A DNA stretch of 64,000 bases from Schmidtea polychroa (lineage: Eukaryota), in NCBI GenBank assembly GCA_044892525.1, contig CM097886.1, positions 44,950,001 through 45,014,000 on the forward strand. The letters are read 5' to 3'. The translations under genes and the position numbers were made by a program. Positions 41,109 to 53,601 of the stretch are shown piece by piece (the first letter of the stretch is position 1; each line of letters begins with the position of its first letter). A model generated the notes under the pieces. It had not been told where the DNA came from. It saw only the letters and a list, made by a program, of their open reading frames with translations, and searched no databases.

Positions 41109-43290
41109 TGCTAAATAATTATATATCTGCAAATTCAAATATGAAAACTAAATTATTTCTGTAAATTCCATTTATAATGTATAAACCTTACCCTTGAGAT
41201 TTGTTATCAAGATTTGAAATTTTGGTTAATAGTAATTGATGTTTCTCTATTAAATATAGAAAATTTAGAATTAAAATACTTTCAGAAAATCTAACGATCA
41301 AGTAAAACTTTTTTTTGTAGCAATTGTAAATGATCGTTATAAACTTAAAATGTTCAATTTAAAGAAAATTTTTATTAATAAGAATATACTCTTATCGAAT
41401 TCTTGCTGTTTTGATAATTTTAATTTTTGAAGAGATTCCTTTTCTTGTGATAATTTAGATCTTTCTAAATTTAAATTGATTATATTTCATTAACTTAAAT
41501 GATAATTTAACCGTCAGAAAGTTTCTTTAAAGCTACTGGCAAATTGCAGAAAGGAAACTTCAAAGCCATAAATATGCTAACTTAAATTTAATAATATTAA
41601 TAATATTTTCAAAAATGTAATATCGCTAATTTTAAACAAGAAATATTATTTAATAAAATATTAATATAAATAAATTACTTTGTAAATTTCAACCCATTAA
41701 CCATAACATTTAATTTTTTAACATAGAAAGATGAATGTGGGGGTTTGGATAATAATTTATTTTCAATGCTTTGTCAATTGCTTATCAAAAAGTAATTATA
41801 GTTATAAATAATTAGTTATAAATAATCTGAAAATATTTATTTGGTAGATAATATAAGTAATACAATTGTAATAATAAATGGTAAACAATAATTATAATAC
41901 GAGTAAAACAATTTACCTAAAATTAAATTATTGAGCGTAAAACTAGTATATAAATTAAAGTAAAAAGCAGTTTATATATGTATAATAATCTCAGGAGTCA
42001 GAAAATTTTAATATCAAGTTTAAATTAATATTGATTAAAAGCATCGACAAAAAGATCAAATCTCCAACTGTAAGAAAAATAATTCTTACCGCATTAGTAA
42101 CAGCGGCGATATTCCGAGAAACAAATTAATTCTATATACCTGGTGATTGTCAAATATATAAAGCGGGTTTTGGAACAGAAAAACTAGTGGTGAAAATTTG
42201 TTAAGAGAATTTTAATGGAGAAACTATTGTCGAATAATAGATATTTAACCATAAACATAGAATTTATGGTCCGATTTTGATTAATCGATGGCCTCGTGAA
42301 TATTTGGTCATTAAGTAAATTAAGAACTATATTTTAAAATTAAGTAAATCAAGGGCTATATTTTGAAATTAAGTAAATTAGTGTAATACTTTTTTCCACG
42401 CCAGGTATCAATCTAAGGCTGGGTGGGATTGCTTTCTCTTTTCCCACATATGCCAACATTGTCAACCTGGACGAGTGTTTGGTCGATGCAGAAAGAGAGG
42501 GGTATAAACTCACGCCACCCAGAACCCGTTTTAGATAGTACGATAAGGAGTAGTTCTGGCTATAAAGCTCACCTGCTTATCGACTTTCACCTACCATGTA
42601 CATCACCAATATAGCCATCGTCATGGGTACATGGATAGAATTTACAATAGTAGTAAGGATGTTTACCGAAAATTTTCCCTTAAGTTTTTCATCTGTTTGC
42701 ACAAACTCGATTTTGTTTCAGTTGTTTTTTTCCCCAAAAACGCCATCACAATAATCATTTTATTTATGTTATATCATTCTAAATAATTATATTTATATTT
42801 ATTAGAAACATCTTTGGAGGTGATTCAAGTATTAATAGAATCCATGAATTATAAATTTTATAACAATCTAAAAATATATTTATAAAAACAGTCCTTTTTT
42901 TTAAAAAATAATCTTTTTTTTTGTTTCAATTATATTGACAGAATTCCAGAGATTGTAATGTTAACAAAAGTTGCTTGTGTTGAGTCTTGCCTTTGATCAA
43001 GCAAACATGTAGTTAGATTCTCAAATATCCTACCAAATTATATAAAATGATTCAAAAAATGTTTTTTTATAATTGTGCATCTTGCTTTCTAATCAAATAA
43101 TACTTTATTGTGTTCATTAAATTATCAATTTTATCGAATTTTTAAAAAATAATTATTCGCTGAAACCTATCTTTAAATTTCCTATAGAAAATAATAATTC
43201 AGGATACTTTGGAGCATGTCGACGACACAAAGCGGAGTCTAGATGTATTATATTAGTGTAAAATAAAAGCATAGCATATTATATTATTAA

Positions 43291-45813
43291 CACTAGGACG
43301 GCCAGAGCGGTCATTTTGACCGTTAAGCAATTTCATTTTTATTTTGTGAGAAAACGAAAAGGAATTAACGTCTCATATTTTGTGACAATTATTCATTTTT
43401 AGTGAACTTGTTGTGCATATCAAAGCTTCAATTATAGCATTTGTCACGACTGACATAATGAGGCCATCCCCATGGAAGGCCGAACCGGTCAATTTGACCG
43501 GTATCTTGAAACACACAAGAAAGTCACACATAATCATCTTACATACTAGAAAATATAAAACCAAATATAATTTACACACAACCGAAGCATTTAACAGTCA
43601 TTTGGGAATGTTTTCCACAGTAAACTTTACTACATACATGGCATATAGCTCCGGATTTGTTATCACAATGAGGAGCAGTACAAGTTTTTCGCTTCTTTAA
43701 TTTTGGTTGTTCAGAACAGAGTTCACCAGAGATGGGACTTGCTGTTCGACGGCTTTTGAACTCCTCACAAAGAGATGTAGCTAATTCAAAAATAAAATCC
43801 CTTCTTTTTATAGTTGATCCCGTAGCATCTTTGAAAATAACATGAGCGTTGAGAGCTGCTTTATCAAGCAAATCATAGAAAGTAGCGACTGGCCATCTTG
43901 CTGTTGCGGCTTTACTGCTGTATAAACGCAACATGCTATCCGTGGTATCTACAGCTGTCTTATTTTTGTTATAAAAGTGTATCATTTCAGGCTTTCTCTT
44001 TTCGTCAGATCTCACACTAGCAGTAGAATGGAATGTTGACATGACAATGACTTTCTTGTCCGATTTGCCTTGATAGGAAACAGTGACAGTGTTTTGACAC
44101 GATAAATGAGTCGATTCAAAAGAGGCTTTTTCTCCAAGTGAGCTAATGATAAAAAGCGTGAATTTAATTTTACAGTACCAACCAATGTTGTTCGATTTAC
44201 AAGGAGATGTTCAGCTAGTGAGAGACTTGTAAAGAAATTGTCAGTGCAGACATTGTATCCTTTATTGAAAAATGGCTCCATTAGTTTCCTGACTACAAAA
44301 TCACCCAGCCGTAATCCACAGCGTTCGTTTCTATCGTGAGCCCCTAAATATGGCATTTGATTGATGACAAATTTGGTTTTGACATCACTGAGAATCCAGT
44401 ATTTGATACCGAATTTATCAGGCTTATTTGGCATAAATTGGATGAAGCAACACCTATTTTTTAGCGGCAAAAGTTGCTCGTCGACAGTAAGGAAGGGATT
44501 AGGAGTATAAACTTGAAGACAGTTTGAAACAAAAGTCAAATATTTCACGAAAATGGGCATATTTATCTTGTTCTACTCTTTGACGTCGAGAACATTGTTC
44601 ATCAAAACGAAGAAAGCGCAGTATCTCACGGAAACGGTTCCGAGACATGACTTCTCTGAAGTAAGGAGATCCAAATTGAGATGACCAGATTGAATTGATA
44701 GAATGTCGGCGAAAGCCTAACACACCACGGAGATACAGCAATCCAAGAAAAGCATCTAATTCTTGTAGACTGATACACCAGTCTGACGAAGCTTCTTTTC
44801 CTTTCATAATTGTGTATTTTTGAATTAACTTCAGCATTCCCTCAGAGACTATCAAGCGCCAAGCGCTCAGGGGTGAGTCAATTTTGCGCTTTGCAAAAGC
44901 TTTCACACCAGGTGTTCCACTAAAAATATTGTGCGCAGGGAATCTGCCAACACTAATAGCGTGATTGTTTTCTACTCGATTCCAAAGAGTGCCATTCCTG
45001 CTAGATAAAAGCTGATTTTCTAATGAAGAAATTGAGCTATTGACTGACTCATTGTCACTTTCTAACGAACTTCCATTATCATCAGAGTTCCATTCATGTA
45101 ACTCTTCGTCAGAATCATTTCTTTCGGGCTCATCATCACTTCCCATAGGCTGATCTTCATCTTCGGAGAGAGCAGCGTCAATATTCCATAGCTTCTGTAA
45201 AGCACGTTGAGCAGCAATTCTTTTAGTTGGCATATTTGATTCTAAAATAATGATAAAAACTCCGTCAGTAAAATAAGAAACGTCAAATTTATTATTGGAT
45301 TCTAATGAAAACACGGTTTTATAATGTTTGTTATCCCAAGAAGTTCAAAGATTTTCTATAATAATTATTAGATATTTTCTTATGACATTTCGTTAAGTTT
45401 TTCGTTTGATTCTTTTAATTTACCAAATTTCAAAACTTAGAACTCTTAATGCTTGCTTAATTACACTTTTAATAAGCACTATCTTTGAATAAAAGCAAGA
45501 GAATATTTATAAACAAGAAATGAAGTATACATACATACCAGTCTGAATAAACGCGAAGACAATGTTTAAAATAGTGTAGCTTTGTGTCAGCTAAACAAAT
45601 ATTTTTATTTCATTGTTGTAAGTAGTTTAATAAATTAACTACTGTTAGAATAAAAATAGTTAAATTTTGAAAGCGTGTTAGTAGCACAAAGAAAGTATTG
45701 CTGAATGAGTTGCATCATAGAAATCTCAGCATGAAAATAAGGAGCATATGTGCACCGGTCAAATTGACCGGTTTGGCCTTCCAAGGTATAAAATATTTCC
45801 GGCCGTCCTAGTG
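43291..45813 (-). mobile_element. piggyBac transposon (PGBD4-like), complete ends, frameshifted transposase
   Basis: TTAA|CACTAGGACGGCC .. GGCCGTCCTAGTG|TTAA. The transposase from ATG 45233 is split over ORFs 44499-45314, 44012-44560 and 43572-44042, with TVDEQL, TDNFFTS, VDTTD and a C-terminal Cys-rich domain. Confidence 0.95.
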
Positions 45814-46478
45814 TTAATAAATTATAGTACATTATAATTACAATTATTCAGTAGTACTAATCATATAGCAGACAGATAATATAAATAAATAACACAGTAA
45901 CTTAATATAAATATATATTATACCCGAATAGGAATATAAATATGCACAAAATTTAATTTATTAAATTTAATTATATTTATATTATGTATTACTATGAATA
46001 AATTTTAGTATGTATACGGCCACACAAATTATTATATTCACCAAAAATTCGATGGTATATGACCTATAAAAACACCGAAAAATTTATAATTTTTTACCCA
46101 ACAATAGCTGGATAATGTGTTCTATTTAAATTAATATTTAGATTTTATTAGTATATATATTTTCAAAGTATATATTTTCAAATTCAAATTATTTATACGT
46201 TTTGAAATTCAATTTATTTGACAAGTTATTTAAATTTGTTTTAAATCTTAAATTTTCATTAACTCGAACACTGTTAAAAAGTTTTAACCATAATATTGTT
46301 TCCTAATAGCTAATTTATATTAAATAAAGCAAAAAAATTAATCAAAATATGTTTTCTATGAAATTTTGTTAATTAAATTGTAATTTGAATACGGATAAAA
46401 TAATAAAAAAATATCATTTCTTTATTTTTGATGGTTGATATTAAATATATGTTGATATTTAAATTTTTGATGTCCTAA

Positions 46479-47327
46479 ATGTACTTTTTTGTAATGAGTA
46501 AAAATCTTTTATTATACACTATTAATGAAGATTATCATATTTTAACTATTATATTAACTGTTATGATAATAATTTGGAGCTTAATATATCATTTTTTTCG
46601 TGCATGTTTTTCCAATTATAGTGACGAGTTTGCGTGTCGTCTTGTTACGTATCTCCACGGAGTTTTGGCCATATGCAGCTGTACTCTATTCATAATTTAC
46701 GAAAAAAAGAATCCATTTGATTCTTATAATTATGGTTAAAGTATATTTTTCAAAATCAATTAATTTTAAATTTAACCATCAGGTAAAGAATCGACAGTTA
46801 TAATGCAAATGATATTTTCTGTATCCCTTGGATATTTTATTTATGATTTCGTTTGGTGTTTTATGAAAAATTCTGAAAGTTTTTAAGTTTATACATAAAT
46901 ATATCTAATAAATAAATTTGTAGGCTTTTTTATGATGTTCCATCATTTGGTCAGTATTGCTGGTCTTTCTGTGGCTATATTCAGTCGTCGCTATGGGTTT
47001 GAGTTGTTATGTACCATTTTAGGCACCGAAATAACAAATCCGCTTTTACAGCTTCGTTGGTTCCTCAAATATTTTCAGCATAAGTGCTTACGACAAACAT
47101 TTTGTTATTGTTCATTTATTAATTTAGGTTTCTTTGTGATATTTTTCTTTTTTAGAATTGTTTTAGGAACTTTGTTACTGTATTTGTATTTGTCGAGTGA
47201 CAGCACTGATTTTCTAGGCAGAATCGGGGGATTCACTATTTACGTTATTGGATGGATATTTTGGATTCAAATTTTAAGATTTGTAATTAAAAAATATTTC
47301 TTTTCATTTTCAAATCAAGAAGTTTAA
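46479..47327 (+). CDS. TLCD5: TLC-domain membrane protein (TLCD5/TMEM136-like), 251 aa; exons 46479-46734, 46783-46878, 46924-47327
   Basis: CRLVTYLHGV, SLGYFIYDFVWC, MFHHLVS and EITNPLLQLRWFLK. Introns of 48 and 45 nt keep frame (756 nt). Confidence 0.8.
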
Positions 47328-47784
47328 ATTTTGGATATGAATTTATTTTTTATTTTTTAAATACTTTTTCACGTGATAATTCTTTAAAATTTATTAGATA
47401 CTTTTACAATGAAAATATTTTGAAAATGTAGGTCATATTTTGAGATGGTTAGTCGTTTTGAACTTAACCGAGTTTTGATTTGTTGTTATGTGATTTAATT
47501 AAATATATTATATATAGTTTGTATTTTTATGATTACGTGAAGATTACAATAAATCCAAAAATACATTTAAGGTTTGTTAATTTAATTGTAATTAGTGGCG
47601 TAACTAGGGTCTAAATGCAACCCGAGCAGCTGCCTATAACAATAATAGTCATAATTTTAAATTGGTCATTTTAGAAGTGATTTTTATTGAATCGGAAAAA
47701 ATACAATTTAAACATGTTTTAAAATGCAATAGTTATACATAAGGTAGATGGTAGTTCTACTATGTTAATGGTAATTTACTATGT

Positions 47785-48063
47785 TGTTATTATTATTGTT
47801 ATATATAGTTTTATTATTTATAGTCAGAGTTTATCTGACAAAATATTCTGTCCCCCTATGGGTAATGGTCGCAAAGGTACTTGTCACACTCAACATGTCA
47901 CAAGGGTATATTAATAATAATAATAATAACCCTGTAATAATAATAATCTGTAATCTATCTGTAATTGTGAGTTGTTGAGTGTGAGTAGTACCCATAAAGG
48001 AACAAAATATCTTGTCGGATAAACTCGGAGTATATATAATAAAACTATAAATAATAATAATAA
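47785..48063. repeat. Foldback element with ~80-bp arms
   Basis: TATAGTTTTATTATTTATAGTCAGAGTTTATCTGACAAAATATTCTGTCCCCCTATGGGTA is inverted against TACCCATAAAGGAACAAAATATCTTGTCGGATAAACTCGGAGTATATATAATAAAACTATA. Confidence 0.75.
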
Positions 48064-48763
48064 TTTATTACTTTATTTTTTAACATAGTAAATTTACCAT
48101 TTACAGTACATATTGCAAGAAAATCGAATGCCGATCAAGCTAATTGAAGCAGTATGTGGCCATTATTACTATGTTTGAATTATCAACAGCACTGTCGAGG
48201 TTATCAATATGCATCAAATCTCGTTCAATTGAAATTAAAGCGAGAGACAATTCGTAATCTATCTGTAATCTTAAGATAGCGGGAAATTTCGGTTTTTATT
48301 AAGCAACTTAATTTTTTACAGCAGAAATTTATAATTATAAAAATATATTCAAGCTTTATCATTTTATACATAAGAATATTGGTATTTACGCCAATATTTA
48401 TGTACAATTACCCAGTGTTGCTAGACATCCCGGTTTCCCGGAAGTGGTTTTCGGGATACTCATTAGAAATAATCGCTATTATTTCTAATCTTTTTTATAT
48501 AATCATAAAAATGATTATATGTATTTCAACCGAGATGTTGCATTGAGCGAGGTTTACAGTACATTGCCAAAGAATTGTCAATTTTTTTATAATAAATGTC
48601 TTTCTTACTTTATTAAAAGATTTCGATTTGTTTATTTACATCCCGATTCGGCATGGTAAATATTTGGTAACCCTAAATCCACTATTCAAACTATAGATCA
48701 ATTTGTTATTTGGTCGTTTCTGAAGAAGTGACGATAAAGGAAATTGTAAATGAATTTTTTCTT

Positions 48764-48784
48764 GGGTTAGGGTTAGGGTTAGGG
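48764..48784 (+). repeat. Interstitial telomere-type repeat GGG(TTAGGG)3 (G-quadruplex-competent)
   Basis: Exact GGGTTAGGGTTAGGGTTAGGG. Confidence 0.9.
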
Positions 48785-49656
48785 ACACATTTCTGTAACT
48801 ATAGAATTGGTGAGTCTTAGGTAACCCACATCTTACCCGTTCGTGTCGTTTGCGACGAAACCCAAGATACAATAACTTTTTTAACCATCCGACACCCGTT
48901 GAGCGATCAACGTTGGTGATGTGTCGCATGGGTAAATACTCGCGAGAAGTCAGTGTACATCTGTATTTTTATAATCACCGAGCATTCCAATGGGTTCATG
49001 GACTGCCAATAGAAATTCTGTGCAAGACTTTGGTTAGGTCCCTTTATGTCATGTTACAATGACGCGAACCTGGCTGATGGCTTGTCCCTCATGCTATGAT
49101 GTGAGACGGCGTTACCCAGCTGGAAAATCTTTCACAAATGCATTTGGATTGGAAGTGAAAATGAACTACATACAAGTTTATTAATGTATAAGGACAACAC
49201 TAAAGTGACTATCAGATATGTAAATCAAGAAAAGTTGAGTGTCCAGGGATTCGAACTAAATTGATAACTAAGTACTAAACGAAAGAATCGTATATTAATT
49301 TCGATTAAAAGTCAGAAATTTTGATCCTTCTGTTGGGCTGAGCCGAAGGGTAGCTGGGAGATTAGGTCAAATGTACTAAAGTAAAATAAAGAAATAAAAT
49401 AAACAAAGTTACGAACAAAATAGAATAGAACATAAGAAAAACAATAATTAGAAAATAGGAATTAAAACAAAAAAATATAAAAATAAGAAAAATTAAAATA
49501 GGACAATAGAATGACGAAAAATAACGTAAAATATATTAGATAATAAGGAAATTAAGGAAAATAAATAAAAACATAATTTTAATAAAGAAAATAGGAAGAA
49601 ATAACCCAAAAACAAGGAAAATAAATTAAATTAATAAAATAAGGCGGTATTCAATT

Positions 49657-49693
49657 CTGATTGGTCCGCGTAAATAGAAAACTAATATATAAG
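49657..49693 (+). promoter_or_regulatory. LTR promoter: inverted CCAAT/Y-box (CTGATTGGTC) and TATA box (TATATAAG, 49686)
   Basis: Consensus motifs just after an A-rich U3-like tract, followed by an ATG-free ~185-nt stretch ending at the donor G|GTAAGG (49892). Confidence 0.5.
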
Positions 49694-51962
49694 CAGACAT
49701 TAAAATCATTATAATTACCGTTAATTCAACAACTACTATAGAACTAGCGATTCACAGCAACAGACACTGACTTACAGGATCATCACAAGGACTATTCCAA
49801 GACTCAAGAAACTTCATCTAAATCTATATTCGATTCTAGTATTAATTAATTCTACTTAGTACTTTTCGACTCAGCCTATTTGAAACACTCGGTAAGGATT
49901 TTTGGATTTCTTATTTTGAATTTATAAGTAATGGTATAATCTAATTATAATTTAAATTTAAAGATCTTACCTTTTCTTTTCGTTTGATTTCAAGCATGTT
50001 ATTTAATTTAATGATATGGTTATTTAATAATAAATGATTTACTTTCTAGGAATTATTGATTTTCCTTTGATGAATTATTTTTATGAGTTATTATTATGTT
50101 AATTAAATTTTTGAGGAACGTGGCGTTGAGATACTCTATGTCATGGTGTGAGGTGCCTTCGGGAGCTCCACCGGTGGACATAGGGTATTTGAATCACGCA
50201 GCTAGATTGGGCCGAAATGTGAGGGCTTCTTCACGGGTCCAATCGCTGAAGGTGCGACCAAAATCTATAGGCAAATTGTGGCAGAAAATTGATAGTCAGA
50301 TAGTGATTGAAAACAAAGATATGTAATAAATGAATCGGAGGATTCTTAGGTATTCGCGCAGTGATTGAGGGCGTCACACCATCGTCTCCAGATATCGTTT
50401 CCACTAAGCCAAATTTTCTCTATCATCGATGTAAGTTGTGTGTCAAACAATCGTTCGGACATTAGTGGGGCTATATGTGATATATCTTCGATGTTCATGC
50501 TTGCGCTCGGAACCTATTCCTACAAATTTTCGGCCTATGACCTTTTGAACTGTTATTTCTTTCATCTAAAAGTTCTCTTGAAGACATAGTCGCAAGGAAG
50601 CTCAAAGTAGATTGCTTCAGATAATTATTAGGATTATTCAAAATGACTGTTTACGAATAGATTGTAGAACCACGTAAAATGATTTATTTCAGATAATTAT
50701 TAGAATTTCATAAAACGAGTTTGTTCCAAATAAAATTTTTAATTACATAAAATAATTTACTTCAATTAATTTTTTAGAATTATATAAAAATATTTACTTC
50801 AACCAATTTTCATAATTACATAAATGATTGGCATCAAATAATTCGAAATGAAAAATGCAACTAAGTCGAGCCAAGAAAAATATGTATATTTTTTTTTAGT
50901 TAGCCTGATGAGTCTTGTTACTTAAATGTAAAATTCCCGTATTTCATGAAGTTGGAAATCCAGCGGGATAGGTAGAAAATCTCCAGAATTTCAGGAACAG
51001 ATCGATAAATCGCATTTGAGAGGTTAAAAAGAAATCCACCCTTGGAGCAAATTATATCCAACATTTACGACATAGAGAATCGTAATTTCTTCCAATGTTT
51101 CCGTGAGAATTATTAGGCCATCAGCAGGTGCAGGGGAATTGTGAGCAATTACGCAGTAGATAGTAACCAGAGAATATGCCAGCATGCAAACATTGAAGAA
51201 CCTCCATTAGTAGTTACGAGTAGAGATAAGTGTGTGAAGTCGCAACTCGCATGCGTCACACATGTTCAAACACACTATAGCAGCCAATCGCAGGGTGTAA
51301 AGTTACACTAACCTTTACTCATAGAAAATCAGGCCGAACGTGTCAGATGGAGTTTTCCGTTATCTAATTAAACCACTGACCGGCATTAGATTTCATCGCT
51401 CGGGATGGATAGTCAACCATCAGGCTGATATTTTGCTTATCTACTTAGTAGGATTTGCTCTGCTACTTTCTCACATCGATACAATTTTCCGTTATCACAA
51501 ATAAATAATCAAAAAATTAAATAACTTTCCGTTCATCATAAACGAACTATTTAAAGGAAATTATGGACCTCCCTTTACCGTAAGTACTTAATCGACCCCG
51601 GTACATGATACACGCATCGAAATCACTCATTTGGGGGGAAAAATCAACAATTTCACTCGATTCTCTGCAAACGTGAATTAGTGACTTCAAGCGGATTAAA
51701 TAAATAATAATTTTCATCGACCGAGAATTTCTCTCACTAGTGGTAATGTCTCCCTTTCCTTGTGCGAAATCTGGCTTGATCGATTTATCTTCTTATAATT
51801 AAAGACCCAAAAGGTATGAGGATCCATCGTGCAGTAGAATCTTGTTGACCGGTAAACCCATAATTTTGTCTATGATCAGTAGAGTATGAGTGTGGTCAGA
51901 TGGCGACACTCTCGTTGTTTTAATCTATTTTCATTTTTCATTTTTCTTCACAGTCACTCAAA

Positions 51963-52706
51963 ATGTTGCCCAATTCCACAACCATTCTCAGACCTTGTTT
52001 TTCTTGCTCCGACAAGAATTCGATCATCAAAGATCTCCAGGCCCAAATCGGGAAGTATAAAAGAAAAATAGATGAGTTAGAGGGGACATGGTTTAGTCCC
52101 ACCCGGATGAAGGAGGCTCAGAAGAAGCTGCACCGAAGCGAGCACTGTCGAGACGCGTTAATTTCGGAGAGTCGGGCGCAGAGGAGCCTAATAAAAGAGC
52201 AGTCGGAGGCGCTACACAAATTATACGTCCAGGCAGCAACTACAAGGAAGATCGCGAAGATCCCAATTAATGAAGCCAGTAATCTTTTCCCAGCACATCA
52301 TGATATCTCTGGCGGGTCTTCATCTCCAGTCGGAAAGTCCTGCCATGGGTGCGTGGAGACCGAGCTCTCTCCCAGAAGTCAAGACGTCGTATTCACCGGA
52401 ACTAGTAAGGTACCGTCAAGCACCGCATCTTCCTCAAGAGTGCAAATACCGACCGCTTCAAAACCTAAACGTCGGCAATTGTCACGCGCCGAACGAAAAC
52501 GAAAGCAACGCGAGCGGGCTTCCGTCAAACAGATTTTACCATCAATCGCCACCCCAGTCGAGGGCAGCAGTAATTCAGCAGTCGTCGATCTAACAACCGG
52601 AATCTCAGGGCGAGTCATCTCCGCTACCGGGGTGTCATGGGAAGAAAATGCCGCCGAATTCTTCGATTTAAACGAGTTACTCGCCGACTCGGAGTGGGAA
52701 AAATGA
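51963..52706 (+). CDS. LTR-encoded 247-aa protein: CxxC + coiled coil, basic NLS-like tract, acidic-aromatic C-terminus (transactivator-like)
   Basis: Acceptor TTTTTCTTCACAG ends 10 nt before the ATG; KPKRRQLSRAERKRKQRER; WEENAAEFFDLNELLADSEWEK; AATAAA at 52842. A homolog exists at 4620-5268. Confidence 0.75.
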   Translation: MLPNSTTILRPCFSCSDKNSIIKDLQAQIGKYKRKIDELEGTWFSPTRMKEAQKKLHRSEHCRDALISESRAQRSLIKEQSEALHKLYVQAATTRKIAKIPINEASNLFPAHHDISGGSSSPVGKSCHGCVETELSPRSQDVVFTGTSKVPSSTASSSRVQIPTASKPKRRQLSRAERKRKQRERASVKQILPSIATPVEGSSNSAVVDLTTGISGRVISATGVSWEENAAEFFDLNELLADSEWEK

Positions 52707-52841
52707 GAACTTCCCCGTAAAATGGCTTCATCCTCTAGAGGGACTTGAACATCTACTGATAACATTTTCTATCTTTGTGTTTCCTTGTTCTTGTAAATTG
52801 GGTGGTATAAGTTTGTAATATATGTGTATAAAAATTCTCAC

Positions 52842-52900
52842 AATAAACCATTTTTGTCTGCATACGTTTTTTTTGTGTTTATTTTAAGACAGTTGATTCG
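52842..52900 (+). terminator. Polyadenylation signal in the LTR (candidate R/U5 boundary)
   Basis: AATAAA at 52842-52847 followed by a T/GT-rich downstream element. Confidence 0.5.
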
Positions 52901-53276
52901 AAATTGGTAAATAGCATTGAGAGTCGCAAAAAATTAGGAGCATTAGTCAATTGGCAATCCCAGTTAGAAACATGGCGATTGGTGACGGGATAAAAGACGT
53001 AAGTCCTTCTATCGGCAGTCAGGGTTAGGAAGTCGAGGCCTCAGTAAGGAGTAGTCCGAAGGAGATGGCTCACCTGCTTACTGGCGTCTCGCCGACATAG
53101 CACAGTTCCAACGTGAAGCGATTCACGGGTGCTATGTTGGAGTATAGGTTATGTACGGGCCCTGCTCAGCGATGACCGGGATAAAGACGAGTGTAATTGA
53201 TGGGGGCATTCATCCTCTAGACTAAAAATGGTACTAAAGAAGGTCATCCGAGTAGCTACCCGCCAACATAATTTTA

Positions 53277-53294
53277 TGGGGGCTCAGCCGGGAT
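53277..53294 (+). promoter_or_regulatory. Primer-binding site complementary to the 3' end of tRNA-Pro
   Basis: TGGGGGCTCAGCCGGGAT versus the canonical tRNA-Pro PBS TGGGGGCTCGTCCGGGAT (16/18). Confidence 0.85.
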
Positions 53295-53601
53295 CTAGAT
53301 TGAAATTTCCATTGACTAGTGCGAACTTGACTGGGATTTATTATTGAAATTTTGTCGAATAGTGTGAATTCACCGGGATTAGTGATTTTAATTGACTGGC
53401 GAATGCAAATTGACTAATGCTTATCGAGTCTTATTATAAAATCACGAGTAGAAAATAATAAAATTAATGATATAAATAAAGTAACTTTAATAATGGAGAA
53501 ATAAGACAAAAGTAAAATAAATTATAACGATTTAAAAGGAGAATGTTTGATGAAACAACCACTAATTAGTTATATATTACTGAAACATTTTTTATATAGA
53601 C

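Larger units (their letters stand above)
49331..53268 (+). repeat. Putative 5' LTR (~3.9 kb)
   Basis: Ends CCAACA 8 nt before the PBS and begins TGTTGG. Both termini match the relic at 4558-5598. Contains Y-box, TATA and AATAAA. The 3' LTR is outside the window, so the 5' boundary and TSD are unconfirmed. Confidence 0.6.

Noticed and set aside
48413-48675. Possible MITE (CAGTGTTGCTA .. TGGTAACCCTA)
   Set aside because: TIRs are poorly matched and there is no TSD.
49247-49256. Reverse-strand B-box GTTCGAATCC suggesting a tRNA or SINE
   Set aside because: No convincing A-box or cloverleaf nearby.
50096-50326. 76-aa ORF after the acceptor at 50049 as a second LTR gene
   Set aside because: Preceded by out-of-frame ATGs, has no recognisable motif and no homolog in the relic; left unannotated.
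50905-50912. CTGATGAG hammerhead core in the LTR
   Set aside because: No stem II-GAAA-stem III arrangement follows it.
52270-52765. Overlapping ORFs 52270-52593 (+) and 52379-52765 (-) as dual coding
   Set aside because: They overlap the GC-richer, low-complexity half of the main ORF, where long alternative frames are expected; no motifs.
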